From assembly GCA_963737655.1 (NCBI GenBank), contig CAVTTN010000002.1, forward strand, positions 2,048,001 to 2,112,000: a stretch of 64,000 nucleotides of DNA, read 5' to 3'. Made by a program: the position numbers and the translations under genes. Under the pieces are notes generated by a model. The model was not told the DNA's origin and ran no database searches. It saw nothing but the letters and a program-made list of their open reading frames with translations. The stretch comes from an uncultured Planctomycetota bacterium (GTDB lineage Bacteria > Planctomycetota > Planctomycetia > Isosphaerales > Isosphaeraceae). Positions 42,705-50,807 of the stretch are shown here, one piece after another. Position 1 is the stretch's first letter, and every line of letters begins with the position of its first letter.

Positions 42705-42816
42705 CCGAGGGGACTCGCCGCCCCGGCCCGTTGCCCCGGCGGCCGGATCGTGGCAGGATGGCCGCGATCGGTGGTGATGGATTCGCACCCTCCTCTCTCC
42801 CTCGCGAGGGCCCGCC

Positions 42817-44922
42817 ATGACGCGTTGGATCGTCGGTTTGGTCGCGTTCCTGCTGGTCGTCCCGAGGCCCTCGGCGGCGCAGACCCCGGCCGAGATGGCC
42901 CGGACGGCCGCGTACCTCGAAGCGATGCAGAACCCCGACGGCGGGTTCGGCGGCAAGCCCGGGGACAGGTCCTCGCTTGGGGCCACGTCGTCGGCCGTCC
43001 GCCAGCTCAAGAGCGTGGGCGGCTCGGTCCCGGACATCTCCTCGTGCATGGCCTACCTCAAGGGCTGCTTCGACCCGAAGGCCGGCGGCTTCGCCCCGTC
43101 GCCCGGCGGGCCGCCCGACGTCCACACGACCGCCTCCGGACTGATGGCCCTGGGCGAGCTGAAGATCGCCACCGATGAGATCGTGAACGCGTGCATCGGC
43201 TACTTCGGCAAGGAAGTGAAGACGTTTGAAGAAATCCGCATTGCGGTCGCCGGCCTGGAGGCGGTGAAGAAGCCGTCGCCGGACTTCCCCCGGTGGATCG
43301 AGCAGGTCAACTCCGACCGCAATTCGGACGGCACCTGGGGATCGGCCGGAGGCCAGGCCCGCGCGACCGGCTCGGCGGCGGCGGCGCTCCTGAGGATGGG
43401 CGTCGATCTCGACAAGAAAGACGCCGTCGTCTCGACGCTCAAGGCCGCGCAGAGGCCCGACGGCGGCTGGTCTCGCGACGGGACCGCCTCGGACCTGGAG
43501 ACGACCTACCGGATCGCCCGGGCCCTGTTCATGATGAAGGAGGCGCCGGACCTCGACCGCCTGCGATCCTACCTGGCGGGCCATCGCCGGGAGGACGGCG
43601 GGTATGCGTCGAAGCCCGGCGGCTCGGACGGCGGCGGGACGTACTTCTGCACGACGGTCGAGCGCTGGGTCCGGCTGATGTCGGGCGAGCCGGCGGTGGT
43701 CGAGACCGCCGGGTTCGTGCCGTTGTTCGACGGCAAGAGCCTGGACGGCTGGGAGGGGGATACCTCGCTCTGGTCGGCGAAGGACGGCGTGCTCGTGGGC
43801 ACGTCCCCGGGCCTGAAGCACAACGACTTCCTCGCCACCACGAAGGATTACGAGGACTTCATCCTCAAGTTCACCTTCCGGATGACCGGCGGCGAGAGCG
43901 CCAACAGCGGGGTGCAGTTCCGCAGCGTCCGCGTCCCGAACCACGAGATGAGCGGCTACCAGGCCGACATCGGCCAGGGCTACTGGGGCTGCCTGTACGA
44001 CGAATCCCGAAGGAACAAGGTGCTCGTCCAGGCCAGCGACCGCGCGAAGGCGGCCGTCCGCCCCGGGAAGTGGAATGAATACGTGATCCGCTGCATGGGC
44101 AATCACATCACGATGACGCTCAACGGCGTCCCGTCGGTCGATTACGTCGAGAAGGACGCCGACATCGCCCGGACGGGCAAGATCGCGGTGCAGATCCACG
44201 CCGGGGGGCCGATGACGATCGAATTCAAGGACATGTATATTCAGCCTTTGCCGATCGCCGACGACTCGGCCGAGGACGTGCCGGACTTCCACCTCCGCAA
44301 GCCGAAGGACGGCGAGCGGAAGTACGTCGTCTATCTGCCCCAGGGCTTCGACAAGTCGAAAGCGTACCCGATCGTCCTGTTCCTCCACGGGGCCGGCGAG
44401 CGGGGTGACGACCCGGTCCGGGCGGCGCAGGTGGGCCTCGGCGCGATCATCGCGAAGACCCCGGAGCAATTCCCGATCATCGCCGTATTCCCCCAGGCGA
44501 AGCGGACGTGGGAGGCCGGCTCGGACGACGCCAAATTCGCGATGGCGGCGCTCGACGACGCGATGAGTCGGTACAGGACGGAGCCGGGGCGTGTTTATCT
44601 CACGGGCCTCTCGATGGGAGGCCACGGGACGTGGGCCAACGCGGCGGCGAACCCCGGGAAGTTCGCGGCGGTCGTCCCGGTCTGCGGCTTCGGCGACCCC
44701 AAAATCGCCGAATCGCTCAAGAACACGCCGATCTGGACGCTCGTCGGCGACGACGACAGCGCGCGAATCCTCGGGGGCACCCGGTCGCTCGTCCAGGCCG
44801 TGAAGGAGGCCGGCGGATCGCCGAAATGGACCGAGTTCCGAGGCATCGGCCACAATAGCTGGGACCGCGCGTATTCCGACCCCCGGGTGATCCGCTGGAT
44901 GCTCTCCCAGGCCGGGAAATGA
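42817..44922 (+). CDS. Exported multidomain protein: prenyltransferase/squalene-oxidase repeats + DUF1080 + alpha/beta hydrolase
   Basis: QNPDGGF/QRPDGGW repeats; LFDGKSLDGW, NSGVQFRS and GYQAD for DUF1080; FLHGAGERG and YLTGLSMGG..GH for the hydrolase. Confidence 0.85.
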   Translation: MTRWIVGLVAFLLVVPRPSAAQTPAEMARTAAYLEAMQNPDGGFGGKPGDRSSLGATSSAVRQLKSVGGSVPDISSCMAYLKGCFDPKAGGFAPSPGGPPDVHTTASGLMALGELKIATDEIVNACIGYFGKEVKTFEEIRIAVAGLEAVKKPSPDFPRWIEQVNSDRNSDGTWGSAGGQARATGSAAAALLRMGVDLDKKDAVVSTLKAAQRPDGGWSRDGTASDLETTYRIARALFMMKEAPDLDRLRSYLAGHRREDGGYASKPGGSDGGGTYFCTTVERWVRLMSGEPAVVETAGFVPLFDGKSLDGWEGDTSLWSAKDGVLVGTSPGLKHNDFLATTKDYEDFILKFTFRMTGGESANSGVQFRSVRVPNHEMSGYQADIGQGYWGCLYDESRRNKVLVQASDRAKAAVRPGKWNEYVIRCMGNHITMTLNGVPSVDYVEKDADIARTGKIAVQIHAGGPMTIEFKDMYIQPLPIADDSAEDVPDFHLRKPKDGERKYVVYLPQGFDKSKAYPIVLFLHGAGERGDDPVRAAQVGLGAIIAKTPEQFPIIAVFPQAKRTWEAGSDDAKFAMAALDDAMSRYRTEPGRVYLTGLSMGGHGTWANAAANPGKFAAVVPVCGFGDPKIAESLKNTPIWTLVGDDDSARILGGTRSLVQAVKEAGGSPKWTEFRGIGHNSWDRAYSDPRVIRWMLSQAGK

Positions 44923-44931
44923 GGGGACATC

Positions 44932-45074
44932 GAACCGCCAAGCCGCCGAGGACGCCAAGGAAAGGCCAGAGAAGAGAAGAAGAGAATGCAGAGAGGACGA
45001 GAGAATTCCATTTCTTGAGAATTCTGCCTCTCCTCTCCGGCCTTTCCTTGGCGTCCTCGGCGGCTTGGCGGTTC
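44932..45074. repeat. 143-bp MITE/REPIN-like element with perfect 36-bp terminal inverted repeats (family C)
   Basis: GAACCGCCAAGCCGCCGAGGACGCCAAGGAAAGGCC (44932-44967) has its exact reverse complement at 45039-45074. The core is purine/pyrimidine-skewed and AT-richer. Confidence 0.85.
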
Positions 45075-45115
45075 ATCCTCCCTCCCGGATCGAGCGGCGA
45101 CTCTACAAGGAGACG

Positions 45116-46117
45116 ATGATGCGATTCTCGGCCCGAGCCCTTTCGGCGGTGTTGGTGATGGCGTCGGCGGCCGTCGCGCAGACGGATGCGTTGCCGTTGC
45201 GTTCCCAGGTGCTGGACTCGGCCCGGATATTCAGCCCGGAGGCGGTCCAGGACGCGAAGAAGATCCTCGATGACCTGGAGCGCGCCTCGGCCGTCCCGGT
45301 GACGATCGAGACGGTCGATTCGATCGACGGATCGACGATCGAGGAGGCGGCCCTCGACGCGGCGAGGCGGTCGGGCGGGCAGGGGGTGTTCCTCCTGATC
45401 GCGAAGAAGGAGCACAAGATCTCGCGACCGTTGGTCCGCCGGCAGTTCGAGCACCGCCTGCCGAAGGAGGCCCGCGAGAAGGTCCACGCCGCGATGGCCG
45501 AGGATTTCCAGGCCGGCAAGTTCGACGACGGGCTGAGGCGAGGGGCGGCCATCCTGGCCGAAAGCGTCCGCGCGACCGCGACCGCGACGGCGGCGGCCCC
45601 GGCCCCGACGGTGACGACGACCCCCTCGGCGGCGGATTCGCCGCTGGTCGCGAGGAACCAGATCAAGCTGACCCTGGCCGGGGCGAGGACCGTCCTGGCC
45701 GGGGCCGAGGCGCAGGCGGCCCGGATGGGCCAGAAATCGAACATCGCGGTGGTCGATGACGGCGGCCACTTGCTGGCGTTCGCGAGGATGGACGGGGCGA
45801 GGCCCGCCAGCGCGGCCTCGGCCCAGACCAAGGCCACGTCGGCGGCGATCTATCGGGCGCCGACCGGCCCGATCGCCCCCGGAGGCCCCGGCTCGCCTCC
45901 GGATTTGCTCACCAGCCTGAGCCTTCAGAATGCGATGGCGGCCTCGGGGGCGAAGTATTCGTCGCTCCTGGGCGGGGTGCCGATCGTGGTGGATGGCCAG
46001 GTGATCGGCGCCGTGGGCGTCGGCGGAGGGACCGGCGAGCAGGATGCCGAGGTGGCGAAGGCCGGGATCGAGGCGTTCCTGGACGCGGTCAAGGGCAAGC
46101 CCATCGACGAGAAATGA
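45116..46117 (+). CDS. Exported TPM-domain + GlcG/HbpS heme-binding domain protein
   Basis: Signal peptide. TPM-like VLDSARIFS..GVFLLIAK; GlcG motifs IAVVDDGGHL.AF.RMDGA, KA.SA and GGVPIVVDGQVIGAVGVGG..EQD. Confidence 0.82.
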   Translation: MMRFSARALSAVLVMASAAVAQTDALPLRSQVLDSARIFSPEAVQDAKKILDDLERASAVPVTIETVDSIDGSTIEEAALDAARRSGGQGVFLLIAKKEHKISRPLVRRQFEHRLPKEAREKVHAAMAEDFQAGKFDDGLRRGAAILAESVRATATATAAAPAPTVTTTPSAADSPLVARNQIKLTLAGARTVLAGAEAQAARMGQKSNIAVVDDGGHLLAFARMDGARPASAASAQTKATSAAIYRAPTGPIAPGGPGSPPDLLTSLSLQNAMAASGAKYSSLLGGVPIVVDGQVIGAVGVGGGTGEQDAEVAKAGIEAFLDAVKGKPIDEK

Positions 46118-46126
46118 CCCGAGCGA

Positions 46127-47410
46127 TCACCCATCGGCCGTGATGGCCAGGCCCATCAGCCGCGAGCAGGCCTCGTGGAGCTCGGCCAGGCGACGGACCA
46201 GCGGCGAGGCGGTGCCCTCGCCGGTCGGCTCGGTGGGTGTCGGCTCGGCCCGTCCGTCGGGGCCGAGATGGAGGAGGCGAGGGCCCCGGCCGGCGAACAG
46301 GGCCTCGACGCTCACCGAGTCCCCGTCCTGGAACCGCCGGGCGGCCTCGACCGCGAGCCAGTCGCTCGGTCCGGCGACGCTCCAGGCCCTCGCCGCGGCG
46401 CCCTCGGGCCGGGCCATCCGGGCGATCGCGTCGCGGAGGAGGCCGCCGAGCTCGGGGCACGACCTCGCCACGAGTCCGACCCGGACCGGATACTCGGGCT
46501 GGCCGAGCAGCAGCGTATAGGCGAGGTCGATCGGCCGGGTGTCGGGACGGTGGCGGAGCCAGTCGAGCAGGGCGCGGGCCAGGGCGATCCAGGAGGGGCG
46601 GTCGGGCGCGGCGAGGAGGAACGGCTCGGCCCGGGGCGGCTCGTCGATGGCGGCTTTCGGGGCGACCCGGCGGCCGTCGAGGTAGCCGACGCTGGGTGAC
46701 GGGTCGTCGGCGAGGACTTCGCGGACGACCCCGGCGGCATTGACCTCGACGTCCCCCTCGGGGGCCAGATCGACCCTCCTGAGGCGGACGCCGGGCAGGC
46801 CGGGGGCGAGGGCCGGGACGAGTCCGGCGAGTCCGTCGGGGTCGTCCAGCGCGAGCCCGCCGGTCCCGGTGGCGGCGATCACGGCCGAGCCTCCCGACCG
46901 GGCGGAGAGGACGAGGTCCTCGGCCGCCCCGTGGGCCAGGAGGGCGAGCCCTCGGGCCTCGGGGGCGTTGGCCGGGCTGTCGGCCGGGTCGATCGAGGGG
47001 CGGACCCGGATCGGCAGGAGGTGGACGATCGCGGCGATCGCCCCGCGATCCCGGGCGCGTTCGACCAGGGCGGCCACGGCGGCCGAGGAGTTCAGGTTCA
47101 CGCCCTCGACCTCGCCCGAGCCGACTCCGTGACGCACCCGGACGGGCACGAGGCCCATCGCGCGGAGGTCGGCGGCCACGGCTCGGGCGACCCCTCGGCC
47201 GTCGTCGGTCAGGATCACCACGCCTCCCGGGGCGAGCCGGCCGGTCGAGGGCGGCAGGGGCGCGTCGTCCAGGGCGGGGCCGACGCTTCGGAGCGCCGCC
47301 CGGACCGCTTTCAGCCCGTCGTCCACCGCCACGAGGGCGCGGTCGAGCCGATCGGCGACGGGGGCTTCGGCCCTCCGAGGGTCGGCCAGGCTCGGGCTGG
47401 GAAGGCTCAT
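46127..47410 (-). CDS. Protein composed of type I PKS/PfaA-like non-catalytic segments
   Basis: Pseudo-KR-like VILTDDGRGVA..IVHL..GLAGLV..RVDL..VGY; KS-AT linker-like FLLAA..DLAYTL..RVGLVARS; post-AT-like G.SV..EALF.GR. Confidence 0.6.
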   Translation of the reverse strand: MSLPSPSLADPRRAEAPVADRLDRALVAVDDGLKAVRAALRSVGPALDDAPLPPSTGRLAPGGVVILTDDGRGVARAVAADLRAMGLVPVRVRHGVGSGEVEGVNLNSSAAVAALVERARDRGAIAAIVHLLPIRVRPSIDPADSPANAPEARGLALLAHGAAEDLVLSARSGGSAVIAATGTGGLALDDPDGLAGLVPALAPGLPGVRLRRVDLAPEGDVEVNAAGVVREVLADDPSPSVGYLDGRRVAPKAAIDEPPRAEPFLLAAPDRPSWIALARALLDWLRHRPDTRPIDLAYTLLLGQPEYPVRVGLVARSCPELGGLLRDAIARMARPEGAAARAWSVAGPSDWLAVEAARRFQDGDSVSVEALFAGRGPRLLHLGPDGRAEPTPTEPTGEGTASPLVRRLAELHEACSRLMGLAITADG

Positions 47411-47684
47411 CGCCGGGTCCTCGATCGCGGTTCTCCGGTGGCGGTCGCTCCCTCGGGCGGGATTTCCGGGGCGGACGGTCGGGATGGCCTTCGACTTGCG
47501 AGCCGCGATCCGACGAGGGCCGGTCGCCGGGAGGTCCGGGCCCTTGTCCCCCCCGGGGCTTCCGTGCTATCCCGGATGGGGCGAGAGGTCCGGGGTTCGG
47601 GCCCTCCGGGAAGGATCGGCGGGACGCCGCCCCGAATCGAGGCCGATGGGTCGTTCGGCCGGACGTGACGGGAGCGTGGGGCGG

Positions 47685-48638
47685 ATGGTTCGGGTCCGGA
47701 AGATCGTGACGGCCCTGGCGGCGGCCCTTGTCCTGACGATCCTGGCGATCGGGGTCTCCCTGGCGCTCTGGCTGCGTTACGGGGCCGGGCCGGTGATCGT
47801 CCACGAGACCGAGGCGGAGGTCGAGGCGTCCCGCCCTCGGGGCGACCTTCGGCCGGTCCTGGTCTTCCTCGACCCGGGCACCCGGGTCGAGGCCGAGCCG
47901 CCTCCGGGATGGTCGGACCTGGTGATCAAGTCGGTCCTCTACCTGGCCTCGGGCGACCTGGACACCCTGCCCGAGTCGGCCCGGGAGACGGCGACGAAGT
48001 TCCGCACGGCCGTCCTGGCCGACGTCCGACCCGTCCCGGGCGAGCCCGGCTCGTTCCACCTGAGCCGGGTGGGCGCGGGGCTTTGCCTGACGATCGAGGG
48101 AAGGGACACGGTCATCTCTCGGGCGACTTTGAAGTCGCAGGGCGTCTCGCTGTCGGCCCTGGACGGCCTGGTCCTGGGCCGGGCCGAGGCCGCCCTGACC
48201 CGGGGCCGATTGGCGGCGAGGACGCCGACGTTCGCGCTCTACGAGACGCCGGTGGAGTTCGCCGACCCCTCCGGGATTCACCGATCGATCCTCCTGCGTT
48301 ATGCCCTGTTGGTCGATCGCCGCTCGGGCCGGCTGACGACGGTGTGCTGGCCGATCCCGGACCCGCCCTCGCGGGGCGAGCCGCCGGAGACGATCCGGCT
48401 CCTGCCGCCGAACCTGGTGTTCCGCTGCGGGTTGCACGTGAAGGCGGGTCGGGTGGTGGGGCGGCTGGCGGTGTCGTGGAAGATCGCGATGGACGACCTG
48501 CCGCCGGGCCGGACCGTGCCGATGGGCGAGCCGCTGAGGTCCCTGAGCACCCGCGACTTCGGTTCGCCCGAGGACTCGGCCGAGCTCGAGGAGGCGGTCC
48601 GCCGGGCCGTGGATCGGGCCGGCTCGCCTTCGGGCTGA
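47685..48638 (+). CDS. Hypothetical protein with an N-terminal TM anchor
   Basis: KIVTALAAALVLTILAIGVSLALWL followed by a globular region; coding-like codon usage. Confidence 0.65.
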   Translation: MVRVRKIVTALAAALVLTILAIGVSLALWLRYGAGPVIVHETEAEVEASRPRGDLRPVLVFLDPGTRVEAEPPPGWSDLVIKSVLYLASGDLDTLPESARETATKFRTAVLADVRPVPGEPGSFHLSRVGAGLCLTIEGRDTVISRATLKSQGVSLSALDGLVLGRAEAALTRGRLAARTPTFALYETPVEFADPSGIHRSILLRYALLVDRRSGRLTTVCWPIPDPPSRGEPPETIRLLPPNLVFRCGLHVKAGRVVGRLAVSWKIAMDDLPPGRTVPMGEPLRSLSTRDFGSPEDSAELEEAVRRAVDRAGSPSG

Positions 48639-48775
48639 GGCGACGGGCCGGGGCGATTCAAGAGGCGCGATCGCGCGAGCGTCCCGTCTCGATAGTCCTC
48701 ATTGGATTCCGGTCGCATGGGGCAAGCACCCCGGCCGGGATCGAGCGGTTTTGCGCCCTTGCGAGGTGAGACGAC

Positions 48776-48973
48776 ATGCCCGCGCCCATCGCCGACGAGC
48801 TCCAGTTCCACGCCGCCGCCGCCCCCGCCATCGAGGCCCAGGTGCGCCAGGATGCGATGATGGAGGAACTCAACCCGGCCGACGTCGAGACGATCGTTCA
48901 GCTCGTCGTGAAGTACGGCCCCAGCGTCTACAAGGCCGTCCTCGCGTTGTTCCACGTGACCCCCAAGGCCTGA
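48776..48973 (+). CDS. Small protein with a C-terminal amphipathic/hydrophobic helix
   Basis: GAGGTG RBS; 65 aa ending NPADVETIVQLVVKYGPSVYKAVLALF; first gene of a tight 3-gene run. Confidence 0.7.
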   Translation: MPAPIADELQFHAAAAPAIEAQVRQDAMMEELNPADVETIVQLVVKYGPSVYKAVLALFHVTPKA

Positions 48974-48997
48974 TCCGAGCGAGCGACGGACCATACC

Positions 48998-49744
48998 ATG
49001 AAGCGAGTTCTCCTCGCCCTGATGGCGGCGGCCCTGATCGGGTCGTCCGCCCCGGCGCGGGCCGACGCCCCCAAGGCGACGGTCCGAGGCCCCTCGACCG
49101 TCTCCGCCGGCGCCACGATCGTCCTGGACGCCCGGGCCAGCGTGGCGGATCGTCCCCTGAAGTGGAAGCTGGACGGCCCCGACGTGCCGTTCCTGGTCCT
49201 GGACCAGGACGGCCACAAGGGCGTCGTCGCGCTGGTGCCCTCGGCCCAGCCGGGCGTCTACAAGTTCACCCTGATCGCCAAGGGGATCCCCCAGGGCGAG
49301 GTCGAGGTGGACGCCGACGCCGCCATGTGGACCGTCTCGGTCGAGGCGCCCGCCCCGACTCCTCCCCCCACCCCGGCCCCGACGCCGACCCCGTCGCCGA
49401 CTCCCCCCCCGGCGCCGACCCCGACGCCGACCCCGGCCGCCGGCGGCCACCTGTTCGTCACCCTGGTGGTGGACCTGGACGCGATGACCCAGGCCGTCGC
49501 GACCCTCCGCGAAGGCGTGTCGGTCCGCCCGGCCCTTTCCGGGATGAATGCCCAGTACCGGACCGTGGGCCTGGGGACGGCCGAGTTCTCGGCCATCCGG
49601 CTCGGCCCGTATGTGACGAAGGCCGGCGGCGCCCCCTGCCTGGTGATCCAGGACAAGACCGGGGCCGTGCTGTCGGCGGTGCCGGCCCCGGCCACCGAGG
49701 CCGACCTGATCGCCGCGGTGAAGCGGCAGAGGGGAGGTCTCTGA
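48998..49744 (+). CDS. Exported protein: PKD/Ig-like domain, Pro-Thr linker, small alpha/beta C-terminal domain
   Basis: Signal peptide, IVLDARAS..LKW..PGVYKFTL, (PT)n linker and GGAPCLVIQDKTGAVL motif. Confidence 0.78.
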   Translation: MKRVLLALMAAALIGSSAPARADAPKATVRGPSTVSAGATIVLDARASVADRPLKWKLDGPDVPFLVLDQDGHKGVVALVPSAQPGVYKFTLIAKGIPQGEVEVDADAAMWTVSVEAPAPTPPPTPAPTPTPSPTPPPAPTPTPTPAAGGHLFVTLVVDLDAMTQAVATLREGVSVRPALSGMNAQYRTVGLGTAEFSAIRLGPYVTKAGGAPCLVIQDKTGAVLSAVPAPATEADLIAAVKRQRGGL

Positions 49745-49745
49745 G

Positions 49746-50558
49746 ATGACCGGGTTTGACCTCCTCAACGCCATCGCCGGGCCCGACGGCCAGGTCCGCC
49801 TGCTCGGCTGCCTGCCCCCGAAGCCCGACTTCGGCGGCCTGCCGAAGTTCGCCGCCTCCAACGCCGTCCTGCCCCGCGACCAGTGGCAGGACGTGGACCT
49901 CTCCCCCCTGGCCGGGAGCGTCTGGGACCAGGGCCAGCACGGCTCCTGCGTCGGGCACGGGAGCACGAAAGCCTTCGAGATCGCGTTCCGGATGGGCGGC
50001 GGGACCGTGCCCGACTCCGGGTTCAGCCCCACCAGCCTGTACGCCCTGGTCAACGGCGGGCGCGACCAGGGGGCGATCGTCTCCGACGCGATGGACGCGC
50101 TCCTGCAGAAGGGCGTCTGCACGATGGCCGAATGCCCGGAGTCGATCATCTACTCCAGCCGGATCCCGGCCTCGGCCAACGCCACCCGCCAGCGGTTCCG
50201 CGTGGCCGACGCCTATCACTGCTCGACGTTCGACGAGATCGGCTCGGCGCTCCAGCTCGGGTTCCCGGTCAGCTTCGGGATCACCCTGCACGGGGCGTTC
50301 AACAACCTGAACTCCGAGGGCGTGGCCGGGATCGGCTGGGGCGTCCTGGGCGGCCACTGCATGTGCGGCTACGGCACCAAGAAGCTCAAGGACGGCTCCT
50401 GGGCGATCCGCGTCCGCAATAGCTGGGGCCCGAAGTGGGGCCTGGGGGGCGACTGCCTCCTGATCGAAAACCACTTCGGCTCGGATTGCGACGCCTTCGC
50501 CATCCGGGCCGACATCCGAGACCCCCAGGACCCGGCAAATTCGCCGGCCGCGTCCTGA
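49746..50558 (+). CDS. Papain-like C1 family cysteine peptidase
   Basis: DQGQHGSCVGH (oxyanion Q, catalytic C), GGHCM (H) and RNSWG..WG (N). Confidence 0.88.
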   Translation: MTGFDLLNAIAGPDGQVRLLGCLPPKPDFGGLPKFAASNAVLPRDQWQDVDLSPLAGSVWDQGQHGSCVGHGSTKAFEIAFRMGGGTVPDSGFSPTSLYALVNGGRDQGAIVSDAMDALLQKGVCTMAECPESIIYSSRIPASANATRQRFRVADAYHCSTFDEIGSALQLGFPVSFGITLHGAFNNLNSEGVAGIGWGVLGGHCMCGYGTKKLKDGSWAIRVRNSWGPKWGLGGDCLLIENHFGSDCDAFAIRADIRDPQDPANSPAAS

Positions 50559-50633
50559 GGGTCCGGGAAGAGTCATGAGAGGGAAGGGACCCGGGGCCGA
50601 GCGATCGGTCCCGGGGCCGATCCGGGCCCGAAT

Positions 50634-50675
50634 CCGGGCGGCATGCCCGGGAAGCAGACGGGGCATGCCACCCGG
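50634..50675. repeat. Degenerate REP-like palindrome, family A
   Basis: CCGGGCGGCATGCCC ... GGGCATGCCACCCGG. Confidence 0.65.
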
Positions 50676-50807
50676 GAAACCATCGGTCGAGTTTGCGGCC
50701 CTCGCAGGATCGCCGAGGGGGCCGGTGGTGATGTAAGCTTATCAGACCGATCCGTCTCTTCCTGGGTGATGGAGCCCGCCAGTCGAGATGGCGGAGAGGG
50801 ATGAACC

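Noticed and set aside
49345..49440. Short tandem repeats as a CRISPR or repeat element
   Set aside because: They encode a Pro-Thr linker, with no repeat-spacer structure. The same applies to the KGG and FG-GAP coding repeats.
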